IMG/VR virus record: IMGVR_UViG_3300025288_000057
Coordinates: 1-34,399 of that record
Strand: one strand, 5' to 3'
Length of the DNA: 34,399 nt
From: a virus
Taxonomy: Duplodnaviria; Caudoviricetes
Shown piece by piece: positions 1 to 7,464 of the stretch. The notes under the pieces were generated by a model. The model saw nothing but the letters and a program-made list of their open reading frames with translations. It searched no databases and was not told where the DNA came from. A program made the position numbers and the translations under genes. Numbering within the stretch: position 1 is the stretch's first letter; each line of letters begins with the position of its first letter.

Positions 1-39
1 GCAAATGGTATCCCGGTGCAACAAACTGGATCTTTATAA
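1..39 (+). CDS. 3' end of an upstream gene (partial)
   Basis: Frame 1 reads ANGIPVQQTGSL then TAA at 37-39, followed by the recurrent intergenic motif. Too short to assign. Confidence 0.35.
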   Translation, partial: ANGIPVQQTGSL

Positions 40-50
40 TGAGGATTTCA

Positions 51-64
51 CTTTTATTTAAAAC
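51..64 (+). promoter_or_regulatory. Putative late-promoter motif CTTTTATTTAAAAC (copy 1 of 11)
   Basis: Same motif recurs upstream of 11 gene starts; this one begins 28 nt before ATG 79. Confidence 0.6.
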
Positions 65-78
65 TAAAAATTAGTATT

Positions 79-243
79 ATGACAACAGTAGAAAAAATTA
101 TTATCGTGGCATTAATTCTGGGTGTAGGATTGGCTTGTTATAAATGCGTTTGGAATAAGTCAGAATCCTCTAGTTCTAATAAAGGAAATAATGGGGGTGG
201 CACCAGTTCAGGATATTCTAAGTCTAAAGGTAATAAAAAGTAG
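79..243 (+). CDS. Small single-TM membrane protein, 54 aa (not in ORF track)
   Basis: MTTVEKIIIVALILGVGLACYKCVWNKSESSSSNKGNNGGGTSSGYSKSKGNKK, TAG at 241-243. Lies downstream of the motif and abuts the next ATG at 245. Confidence 0.65.
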   Translation: MTTVEKIIIVALILGVGLACYKCVWNKSESSSSNKGNNGGGTSSGYSKSKGNKK

Positions 244-244
244 A

Positions 245-817
245 ATGAGAAATTACTTTATTCTTTGTTATACATTTTTATTATTTATTGGGTATTGGCT
301 AATTCTAATTGCTATGCTCCCCTTTGCATATGTTCTGTATCCTCTAGTTTATCCTTTTAGGGATACGTGGGTTAGAAAATACACCCCATTTTGGCTACTC
401 TTCAATGACAGTTCAGACGGTGACTTTGGAGATCCTAAGTGGCAGGCGGTTCAAGTTTCCCCTCAAACTAGGTGGGAGCGGTTTGTTTTATCTTATAGAT
501 GGAATGTGCTACGAAATCCTATATGGAATTACACAGGAAGAGTTTGGTATACTGGGAATAGGCAATTCAATTCTCCGATAACACTCAGGTGTAACAATCC
601 TAAAATTACTGCCAGGTATAGTGCTGCAATTCATAGAGGAGATTACGGATACGGATTGTTTTTATTTAAGGTTGGAAATTTAGATAGATTTGTATTTTCG
701 ACGTTATTTAAAGTAGGAAAGCATTCTATTGTATTTAAGGTTGGATTTAATGAATTTAGACCTATGAGTAAATTAGCGATATGTTTAAATACAAATATAG
801 GAAAATTATTCTTTTAA
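245..817 (+). CDS. Hypothetical phage membrane protein (start revised from 191 to 245)
   Basis: N-terminal hydrophobic segment (YFILCYTFLLFIGYWLILIAMLPFAYVLYPL) and a Trp-rich W..LRNPIWN segment. ATG 245 follows the stop of ORF 79-243. Confidence 0.7.
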   Translation: MRNYFILCYTFLLFIGYWLILIAMLPFAYVLYPLVYPFRDTWVRKYTPFWLLFNDSSDGDFGDPKWQAVQVSPQTRWERFVLSYRWNVLRNPIWNYTGRVWYTGNRQFNSPITLRCNNPKITARYSAAIHRGDYGYGLFLFKVGNLDRFVFSTLFKVGKHSIVFKVGFNEFRPMSKLAICLNTNIGKLFF

Positions 818-826
818 GTCAATCTA

Positions 827-851
827 GCAGTTAATAACTGCCTTTTATTTT
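827..851 (+). terminator. Weak intrinsic terminator overlapping the promoter motif
   Basis: GCAGTT-AAT-AACTGC hairpin (827-841) followed by CTTTTATTTT. Confidence 0.4.
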
Positions 852-856
852 AAAAC
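842..856 (+). promoter_or_regulatory. Putative late-promoter motif CTTTTATTTTAAAAC
   Basis: Begins 30 nt before ATG 872. Confidence 0.6.
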
Positions 857-871
857 TAAAAACTTTGCCCT

Positions 872-1093
872 ATGCCGATAATAGCTAAAAAAGTAGTTGA
901 GATACCCGCTCCTAATGACACCTATGAAGTATTTGAAATAGTAAATGCTGAATCTCATGATGGTAAGACCGTAAAAATTAAAAAATTAGTCAGAACCATA
1001 TCCAGAGAAAGTGTGGAAACTGAAATATCCATTTTATCTTCTAGGTTGTTATCCTTAAAGGAGGATTTAGCCCTTATGGATGGAATTAAATAA
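872..1093 (+). CDS. Hypothetical protein with C-terminal coiled coil
   Basis: 73 aa ORF downstream of the motif; heptad-like C-terminus. Confidence 0.7.
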   Translation: MPIIAKKVVEIPAPNDTYEVFEIVNAESHDGKTVKIKKLVRTISRESVETEISILSSRLLSLKEDLALMDGIK

Positions 1094-1163
1094 TTTTCTC
1101 CCGTTTGACAAATTAAATAACGGTGTTAATAGAGACTAATTATTTTTTAGAACTTAGGACAAG

Positions 1164-1514
1164 ATGAAACAAACAATAATTACAGCAATTCAAGTCTGGA
1201 CAGAATATTTGGGGCGTAGAGTTCCTAGAAATGACGATCTGATGTCTACTATTGGTTATACCTTAGCAGGTTCAATAGGATTTATTATTAGATACTTGGG
1301 AGATAAGATGACTAACAATAAGATAGTACTACTCAATATCTTTATAATAGTTGGCATCGTATTTTTTATAGTTCCCTTTGTTGCGGAATACTTTAAATTA
1401 ACATTTAAGACTGCCGCCTTTTTAACATGGTTGCTTTCAACATTTAACGATAAGCTTATGGCTTCATTAGAATTGAGGATAAAAGATAAATTTGATAACT
1501 TTAATAAAGATTGA
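1164..1514 (+). CDS. Putative holin
   Basis: 2-3 TM segments, charged C-terminus, upstream of the endolysin. Confidence 0.6.
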   Translation: MKQTIITAIQVWTEYLGRRVPRNDDLMSTIGYTLAGSIGFIIRYLGDKMTNNKIVLLNIFIIVGIVFFIVPFVAEYFKLTFKTAAFLTWLLSTFNDKLMASLELRIKDKFDNFNKD

Positions 1515-1876
1515 TTAATATGTTGACCCCTTTTGGAGTTAATGCGGTACTTGTAACCATAGTAATTTATACATTATTAATTGTCCTCTTGGGATGCTTG
1601 ATTAGGAACAGCATCAAATTTGGTTGTAAATTTAAGAGAGCAGCGATAGTGGTGTTTTTATTTGGGATAATAAACTTTATAGCGTACTTAATTAGAGAAT
1701 ACTATATTATACTAAGATATGGCGTAAATACCAAATTAAACTACAGTGAGATAATTTTTATAACATTTAGTACCATAATTATAATTTTAAGTATCTGTGA
1801 AGATAGGTGTTGCGGGGGAGACTCAAATTGTAATAGTTGCCGTAGAGGTTCATTGAATTCTAATAAAATATCCTAA
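1511..1876 (+). CDS. Three-TM membrane protein (holin/antiholin-like) with Cys-rich tail
   Basis: Three hydrophobic helices, then CEDRCCGGDSNCNSC. ATG 1520 is an alternative start. Confidence 0.55.
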   Translation: MINMLTPFGVNAVLVTIVIYTLLIVLLGCLIRNSIKFGCKFKRAAIVVFLFGIINFIAYLIREYYIILRYGVNTKLNYSEIIFITFSTIIIILSICEDRCCGGDSNCNSCRRGSLNSNKIS

Positions 1877-1881
1877 TAAAT

Positions 1882-2355
1882 ATGATTTTACTATCTAGAG
1901 GGCAGCTAATTAAAAAATACGGGTTTCCTAATAAGGAGGGTTCAGATTATCTAACTAGAATAGTTTTGCCCTATCCTATGAAATTAAGTTGGGCTCCCAC
2001 AACTATAGTTACTTCTATCAGTTGTCATAAAGATATAGCAGTTAGATTACTAGCTGTATTTACTGAAATTTTAGATACCTATGGTATTGATAAAATAGAA
2101 GAATATCATATAGATTACTTTGGGGGGTGTTTTAATTATAGACTAAGTAAAAATTCGTCCTTACTAAGCTTTCATGCATGGGGATTAGCAATAGATTTAG
2201 ACTCTAGTAGAAATTTGTTACATGAAACCTCTAAGACTGCTAGATTTGCTAGACCTGAATATAAGCCTATGATTGACATATTTTATAAACACGGATTTGT
2301 CAATTTAGGAGTTGAAAAGAATTACGATTGGATGCATTTTCAAATAAATGATTAA
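1882..2355 (+). CDS. Endolysin, peptidase M15 family (L-Ala-D-Glu/D-Ala-D-Ala peptidase-like)
   Basis: GGCFNYR...SFHAWGLAIDL (SxHxxGxAxD) and DWMHFQ zinc-ligand motifs; flanked by membrane genes. Confidence 0.9.
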   Translation: MILLSRGQLIKKYGFPNKEGSDYLTRIVLPYPMKLSWAPTTIVTSISCHKDIAVRLLAVFTEILDTYGIDKIEEYHIDYFGGCFNYRLSKNSSLLSFHAWGLAIDLDSSRNLLHETSKTARFARPEYKPMIDIFYKHGFVNLGVEKNYDWMHFQIND

Positions 2356-2403
2356 ATGTTAATCTAAATAATTTAGTAATAAAATGATTAATATAATTTA
2401 AGA

Positions 2404-2592
2404 ATGAGACGGACTAGACTTATGGTTGTTAGTTTTTTTGGAATTGTGATTTCAGGATTATGTGCTTATGCTATTCATAAAGAGTTAGAGTCTGTAGCAA
2501 CTGTCTTTGCTGCATCTATAGGGGGAATAGTGGCAAAGTATTCCCACGATGAAACAAAACGTCCCTCTATACCTGTACCAGAAGTTAAATAA
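2404..2592 (+). CDS. Small two-TM membrane protein (holin-like)
   Basis: Two hydrophobic helices, directly after the endolysin. Confidence 0.55.
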   Translation: MRRTRLMVVSFFGIVISGLCAYAIHKELESVATVFAASIGGIVAKYSHDETKRPSIPVPEVK

Positions 2593-2605
2593 ATACCTAT
2601 TAAGG

Positions 2606-3229
2606 ATGTTGACCAAATTAGGGTTTAATAAAATACTGATTATAGCGGTAGTCGTCTTAGGCTTTTTATCGTACAGAGAATATAAGGAGATACAGTTTCA
2701 AAAGTCAGAGAAATTTAGACAACAAAATAACTACGAAAACCTAAGAGACTTAGATAGCACTAAGAATGCTATACTCCAGTTTAATTCTAAGAGGGAATTG
2801 AGAGAGTATATAAATTCTAAAAGGGAATTAAAGGACTTGTTATCTAAAGCAAATATAAAATTGCAAAAAACAGAGAGTATTGTCTACATTCAACATCATC
2901 TTATAGATAGCTTAAAACAATCTCATGACGTGTCTCCCATAATTCAGTACATACGAGAAGACGTAGCTTTTAAACAGGAGTGGAAAGACTCTACTGAGTG
3001 CTTAGTTGTAGGTGGAAATTTGGTGTATTCCTCGGGAGTCTTGAATGTCACTGTCACCCGTAGGGAATGGAGTAATAAGATAGCCGTTGTAGGGGGGTGG
3101 AAACGAAACCAATGGAAATTTCTAGGACTAATAAAAACTAGGATATTCGGTAGAGTAATACCTACAGCAACAGCAGTATCAGATTGCGGCGAAAGTGAAA
3201 CAGTTATCCTTAGTAAAATCAAGAATTAA
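2606..3229 (+). CDS. Spanin-like (Rz-like) membrane-anchored coiled-coil protein (start revised from 2549)
   Basis: N-terminal TM (KILIIAVVVLGFLSY), coiled coil, beta-rich C-terminus with two Cys; last gene of the lysis cassette. ATG 2606 avoids overlap with the upstream ORF. Confidence 0.55.
   Translation: MLTKLGFNKILIIAVVVLGFLSYREYKEIQFQKSEKFRQQNNYENLRDLDSTKNAILQFNSKRELREYINSKRELKDLLSKANIKLQKTESIVYIQHHLIDSLKQSHDVSPIIQYIREDVAFKQEWKDSTECLVVGGNLVYSSGVLNVTVTRREWSNKIAVVGGWKRNQWKFLGLIKTRIFGRVIPTATAVSDCGESETVILSKIKN
2783..2831 (+). repeat. Intragenic 30-nt-period duplication (NSKREL x2)
   Basis: AATTCTAAGAGGGAATTGA at 2783 and AATTCTAAAAGGGAATTAA at 2813. Confidence 0.7.
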
Positions 3230-3590
3230 ATAGAGACCAATTAAATAATTCCTCAATCACTTTAAGCCGAATATAATTAAATGCAGAGGTTATTATGGTC
3301 AGTTATCTAGGGGAAGCTATAAATATGCTTTGGATAGAGTTGTCTTGCTACAAATAAAAATCAACCCCTAAATACTTCACAAAATTTAGTAAGTTACTAA
3401 AAATGGAAATCTCTTATCTCGTAAGGGATTACTCCGCTTATATCTAATGGGTACATAAAAAATTCAGTAGAAAGTATAGCTTATTAAAGACTAAGAGAAT
3501 TTTTATTATGAAGACGCATCTTTACATAACAGATTACTGGCATTTGGATATCTATTAAAGCATTAACTTAGTAATATGAAATAAGATAAA

Positions 3591-3797
3591 ATGAAAATAG
3601 AAAACGAAAACTCCAATTAATCACAAGATTCACAATTAAATAAAGGCGTTGTTAGCAAACGTAAATATTGGTATAAAGATAATGTAGAAGTTTGTGTACT
3701 TTGTGGCAAAGAAACACATAATAGAGAGCGAGTATACAATGAATCAGAAAGGGAAAGATCTATACTGAAGACGCTTGTTGGGACATTTCTGATTTAG
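3591..3797 (+). pseudogene. Disrupted small CxxC protein
   Basis: MKIENENSN*SQDSQLNKGVVSKRKYWYKDNVEVCVLCGKETHNRERVY...; in-frame TAA at 3618-3620 and a possible frameshift near 3750 (KGKIYTEDACW in another frame). Confidence 0.55.
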
Positions 3798-4018
3798 GCT
3801 CACTAACTATTCACTAAGCACTCATACTAAAAACTTAAATAATGAAGTATCTAATATTTTAAAAATAGAATAGAAGAGGAAGATATTTGGCTATTTTAAT
3901 AGAGGTTACTTTCATATTTTGATGAGATTAAGAGTAATTTTACTGTGCGTCAAAAAGATGTTAAGGAGGAGCTATTTCAAAATTAGTTTTAATCATTTAA
4001 ACTTAAAATAAACTTGGC

Positions 4019-4339
4019 ATGAAGAGTAAAACTAACAAATTATCCCGAATTTATCAATGGATTTTATCTATTGTTATATCCCGTTATTTGTCAAAAAATA
4101 ATGAGTCTCAAAGAATTAAATCCTTATTTCTAACCTATTTTGACGGTTTTTATGCTAGACAAAACACGGCAAACACTTTTGCTATGGGTGTGTGTAAATT
4201 AGAATACGAAAACAAAAAACTTACAGTACATTTGAGAAGACCCGGATTATTGATTGGCAAAGGCGGGCAAACCATTGATGCACTTGCTGAATATTTGGAA
4301 TGCAAAATAGTAATCGTTGAAGTTAATCTCTATAATTAG
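4019..4339 (+). CDS. Stand-alone KH-domain RNA-binding protein resembling the ribosomal protein uS3 KH domain
   Basis: LTVHLRRPGLLIGKGGQTIDAL...IVIVEV matches the uS3 type-II KH signature RPGxxIGKxGxxI. Confidence 0.8.
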   Translation: MKSKTNKLSRIYQWILSIVISRYLSKNNESQRIKSLFLTYFDGFYARQNTANTFAMGVCKLEYENKKLTVHLRRPGLLIGKGGQTIDALAEYLECKIVIVEVNLYN

Positions 4340-4543
4340 ACGTAATGTTTTTGCAGTTGACCGGAGTTGTCGGTTACAAAACACAAAAACTTGGTGTATC
4401 TCTGAATCTCCAATTTTGGAAAACTTATTAAAGTATTAATAGAGATTGAAAGTTCCTTACTATAGGTAGGTGTGTATCGCGAATTTATGACTACCAGGGG
4501 AGTAACTATTTGTATGAGAGATAAATTTTAAAATTCTGACAAA

Positions 4544-4666
4544 ATGGATATATACTCACAACATACCAATATAGCACAGGGCGATGAAGTTTTACCCCGT
4601 GTAAGCATTAAATGTATTACTATTGATAACCTTGAGCTTCTTTATCACAACCTGATGAGAGTATAG
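4544..4666 (+). CDS. Tiny ORF or cassette remnant, 40 aa
   Basis: MDIYSQHTNIAQGDEVLPRVSIKCITIDNLELLYHNLMRV; shares the codon-20 Val core pattern of neighbouring ORFs. Confidence 0.35.
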   Translation: MDIYSQHTNIAQGDEVLPRVSIKCITIDNLELLYHNLMRV

Positions 4667-4726
4667 ATTTAATTTATTGCGATATACTTTATGTCTTTTA
4701 ATTTACCCGAACAAAATTAAAATAAT

Positions 4727-4976
4727 ATGAAAAACGAAGAACAAATTAACGAGGAGGCTAGAAAAGCATCAAGTCTCTCACAATTTAGGAGTAATTATAT
4801 TTATGACCAAAAAAAGTTATGAAGAGGGATTTATTGAAGGTATGAAACAAGCCTTACAACTACTCAATGTTGTAGAGCAAAGCGAACAGTTTAAATGCCC
4901 CTGTTGTGGCAGTAATAATGTGTACAAGACAAATGCATATCATTGTAATAGATGTGCGGTAACAACAGAAATTTGA
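4727..4976 (+). pseudogene. Zinc-ribbon protein split at an A7 run (or expressed from ATG 4803 as 57 aa)
   Basis: 4727-4822 reads MKNEEQINEEARK...YDQKKL*. Removing one A from 4809-4815 joins it to SYEEGFIEGMKQALQLLNVVEQSEQFKCPCCGS...HCNRC. Confidence 0.55.
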
Positions 4977-4982
4977 AATAGA

Positions 4983-5168
4983 ATGAAAGCACAGGTGTTA
5001 GTAAGTTATTATCGGGGTGAAAGGGAGTATGCTATTCATAGAGTTTATTTAGAGCCGCATTTTGAACAAGCCGAGGTAGATTCGAAAATGATACAAGAGG
5101 ATTATTCATCTTCAAAAGACTGGCGATTATTAGAAACAGATGGTTACGTTCAACTAGGTGTAAAATAA
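4983..5168 (+). CDS. Hypothetical protein
   Basis: 61 aa ORF starting 7 nt after the previous stop. Confidence 0.6.
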   Translation: MKAQVLVSYYRGEREYAIHRVYLEPHFEQAEVDSKMIQEDYSSSKDWRLLETDGYVQLGVK

Positions 5169-5336
5169 TTTTAAATATTTTATTAACACCTAATACAAAC
5201 ACGGGTATTAATTTAGCAAGGTGAACATATTTGAGAACATTTTGACAGGGGAAGTAGCCTCCAGGGCATAACTGAATTCTACTACGAAGAAGTATCTTTT
5301 ATATAAAGAACTACTAATAGTTAAACTAAAACATAA

Positions 5337-5408
5337 ATGAACACCGAGAGCAACCAATGGGTTGAGTTAATAGGTAGGTTGGAAGATAAACTCCCTAAGT
5401 GTGCCTAA
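5337..5408 (+). CDS. 23-aa ORF or remnant ending inside a GCCTAAC core
   Basis: MNTESNQWVELIGRLEDKLPKCA*, A-rich upstream region, stop codon embedded in GCCTAAC. Confidence 0.3.
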   Translation: MNTESNQWVELIGRLEDKLPKCA

Positions 5409-5462
5409 CTATTCGCTACCCGCAATAATTATTAACAATTAAATTAAGTGAATATGTTAGTA
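5403..5462 (+). repeat. attC-like imperfect inverted repeat, 60 nt
   Basis: GCCTAAC-TATTCGCT (5403-5417) pairs with AGTGAATA-T-GTTAG (5447-5460), with one extra base and one G-T pair. Confidence 0.5.
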
Positions 5463-5624
5463 ACAAAAGAACAACAAGAGGCATTGGTTGAAAAATACCT
5501 AAAAGCCCACACACCTGATGAATGTATTGGTTTTATTGATGGAATAAATGCCACATTAGAACTATTGGGAAGAATTGAAAAACAAGAAAAATATTATTAC
5601 TATAACTTAAAAATTAAAAGATGA
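5454..5624 (+). CDS. Hypothetical protein, 56 aa (not in ORF track)
   Basis: MLVTKEQQEALVEKYLKAHTPDECIGFIDGINATLELL...; ATGA overlap with ORF 5621. Confidence 0.65.
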   Translation: MLVTKEQQEALVEKYLKAHTPDECIGFIDGINATLELLGRIEKQEKYYYYNLKIKR

Positions 5625-5848
5625 CAAAAAGAATCGATTTAGCTGATGCTCAATTTCTTGGATATTGGTTTGGGAAATGGAGTGGAACTGGTATTATAGG
5701 AATGGTAGAATCAATGAATTTGTCTAAAAAAGAATGGATAAAACTACAATCGGACTATCCAATTATAGCAAATATTGATGAATCAGAGATTAAAGAAATA
5801 GATAATTATTTTAAAACTTTAAAAAATGACAAACGAAGAACAAATTAA
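5621..5848 (+). CDS. Hypothetical protein
   Basis: 75 aa, overlaps both neighbours. Confidence 0.7.
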   Translation: MTKRIDLADAQFLGYWFGKWSGTGIIGMVESMNLSKKEWIKLQSDYPIIANIDESEIKEIDNYFKTLKNDKRRTN

Positions 5849-6086
5849 AAATCCCAGAGATGATTGGAAGCTACACAAGATTGAATTAGAATTCCAATCT
5901 TATGGAGAATATAAAGATAAATATGTTGGTAAAATAAGATTTCAAAATGGAGAGTTTGAAAGTTTTGAGTTTAAAATTAGACCCGAAATGGCGCAACCCT
6001 ATATTAATCTTATAAGTGCAGATATTGTTAAATGTGCAGAATCATTAGGATCTAGATTAATAGACTCCTTAGGATTACGAAAGTAA
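5826..6086 (+). CDS. Hypothetical protein
   Basis: 86 aa, globular-looking composition, A-rich start. Confidence 0.7.
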   Translation: MTNEEQIKNPRDDWKLHKIELEFQSYGEYKDKYVGKIRFQNGEFESFEFKIRPEMAQPYINLISADIVKCAESLGSRLIDSLGLRK

Positions 6087-6105
6087 ATAATTAAATTTAA
6101 ATAAA

Positions 6106-6279
6106 ATGAAAACCCACGAAAAAATTATGACTTGGATTGAAAAAACCCAAAAAATCGATACGCTTAAGGCCATGCTTATTGAAATAATAGATAATAATAC
6201 TATTGATTTAGAGGAGGTCTATAGGGATCACAAAAACGACATCAACATTTACGCAAAACCAAAGCAGGTTAAACTTTAA
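6106..6279 (+). CDS. Hypothetical protein, 57 aa (not in ORF track)
   Basis: MKTHEKIMTWIEKTQKIDTLKAMLIEIID...KQVKL*, A-rich start. Confidence 0.6.
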   Translation: MKTHEKIMTWIEKTQKIDTLKAMLIEIIDNNTIDLEEVYRDHKNDINIYAKPKQVKL

Positions 6280-6292
6280 ATTAAACAGAGAG

Positions 6293-6435
6293 ATGAGAAC
6301 CCTACAAAAATTGAAGTTCAAAAGACAAAGATTATTCTTTCAATTGAAGAAGAAGTTAGTAAAAACAGAGTAGAGAATGATTTTAACGAAGTTCTAAATG
6401 TTAAATTAGGGGTTAAAACGTGTGTTTTTAAATAG
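6293..6435 (+). pseudogene. Possible frameshifted small ORF
   Basis: The ATG 6293 frame stops early; another frame reads KIEVQKTKIILSIEEEVSKNRVENDFNEVLNVKLGVKTCVFK*. Confidence 0.3.
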
Positions 6436-6544
6436 AGCCATGCTACTTTTAGTTGCGGATTTAGAATTAGAAAGATTTAACTTATTGATAAGCGTAAAAA
6501 TGTGCGTAGATTTTTGTTTAAACTATATTTTGACTTGAAATGTT

Positions 6545-6638
6545 AAAGAGAGACCTCTACACACGGAATTGGGGGATTTCTAGTAGCTATTTCGGTCTCT
6601 CTTTCCTCTAAGGAGGGAATCACTAGTAAGCACCCCAA
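6545..6638. ncRNA. Candidate structured RNA/DNA element with crossing helices
   Basis: AAAGAGAGACC (6545-6555) / GGTCTCTCTTT (6594-6604) perfect 11 bp; TTGGGG..CTAGT (6569-6584) / ACTAG..CCCCAA (6622-6638); hairpin 6602-6619. Confidence 0.45.
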
Positions 6639-6672
6639 ACCTAAGATAAACGGCTCTAAATACCTTAATATT

Positions 6673-7152
6673 ATGCTTCCTACTGACAATCCTCGAAAAT
6701 ACTTGTTAGATTTTTTTGAAGTTATAAAAAATTCTAAGAATTTTACTAAGACTGAATTTCAGTACAGGTATTATAGAGCTATCCTAGTAGATTCTTCGTT
6801 GCGAAGAGTAAAAGTAGATTTCATAAAGGGGAGATTAGATTTGGTCACTTCTAAAATGAACTCTTCCTTGTCCCGAATAAATTCCCTAAGTCCTCAGCAA
6901 CTGGAAGACAATTTTAATGTAACACTCTATAATATTTTAAAATTTCACTTAGATTCTTTTATGGGGGAATCTAATACAGATAAGACACTCTCTGCTATAG
7001 AATCCGAATTTAGTATTTTGTTAAACGGAATTTTTATGAATGACATTCCCTTTATATTTTCTGTTGAGGACACAACTTCTTCAGTAGACGAATCTAAGTT
7101 ACTCGGGTCTACCTTTCGGATACACGTGACACCCCTATACCTTTTATTTTAA
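6673..7152 (+). CDS. Hypothetical protein
   Basis: 159 aa ORF, no recognisable motif. Confidence 0.7.
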   Translation: MLPTDNPRKYLLDFFEVIKNSKNFTKTEFQYRYYRAILVDSSLRRVKVDFIKGRLDLVTSKMNSSLSRINSLSPQQLEDNFNVTLYNILKFHLDSFMGESNTDKTLSAIESEFSILLNGIFMNDIPFIFSVEDTTSSVDESKLLGSTFRIHVTPLYLLF

Positions 7153-7155
7153 AAG
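7141..7155 (+). promoter_or_regulatory. Putative late-promoter motif CTTTTATTTTAAAAG
   Basis: Begins 18 nt before ATG 7159 and overlaps the upstream stop. Confidence 0.6.
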
Positions 7156-7158
7156 TTT

Positions 7159-7464
7159 ATGGCATTTTATAATCCCACTATAGGAGTACGAATGTATAGA
7201 ATACCTAAACGAATAGGTAGTATATTTAAATCCTCTGTAAATTATATTCCTAATCTTCTTTGGACACTGTTAAGACTAGATTTAGTTAAGGAGACAGGAG
7301 AAGTTGGAGTAATTAACACCCCAGATACTTTAGAGTGGGAATTTAATTCTGAGACAGGACACTTAACGGTGAATGATACTTTGTCGCAGGGGACAGAAAG
7401 GGCATTTTCATACAATGGTATGCTAGGACATGTTGAAATGGATACTAATTCAATCTTGCTATGA
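7159..7464 (+). CDS. Hypothetical protein, possibly structural
   Basis: 101 aa, beta-rich C-terminus, under the late motif. Confidence 0.65.
   Translation: MAFYNPTIGVRMYRIPKRIGSIFKSSVNYIPNLLWTLLRLDLVKETGEVGVINTPDTLEWEFNSETGHLTVNDTLSQGTERAFSYNGMLGHVEMDTNSILL

Larger units (their letters stand above)
3440..5470 (+). mobile_element. Degenerate attC-like gene-cassette array (no integrase in window)
   Basis: NNNTAAC cores at ORF ends (3524, 3801, 4500, 5181, 5266, 5403), GTT cores at 3651, 4073, 4869, 5456, and one paired arm at 5403-5462. Confidence 0.45.

Noticed and set aside
191-244. ORF-track starts at 191 and 2549
   Set aside because: Both extend into upstream genes; ATG 245 and ATG 2606 give cleaner N-terminal TM proteins.
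4652-4693. Hammerhead-like CTGATGA followed by a GAGTATA/TATACTT stem
   Set aside because: The required GAAA after stem II is absent (reads TATG), and I could not find stems I and III.
6500-6545. Host-type promoter (TTGACT or Bacteroidota TAnnTTTG)
   Set aside because: Only partial matches with no correctly spaced partner box, in very AT-rich DNA.
3230-6670. CRISPR array or tRNA genes in the low-coding region
   Set aside because: No regularly spaced identical repeats and no cloverleaf with a T-loop consensus were seen.
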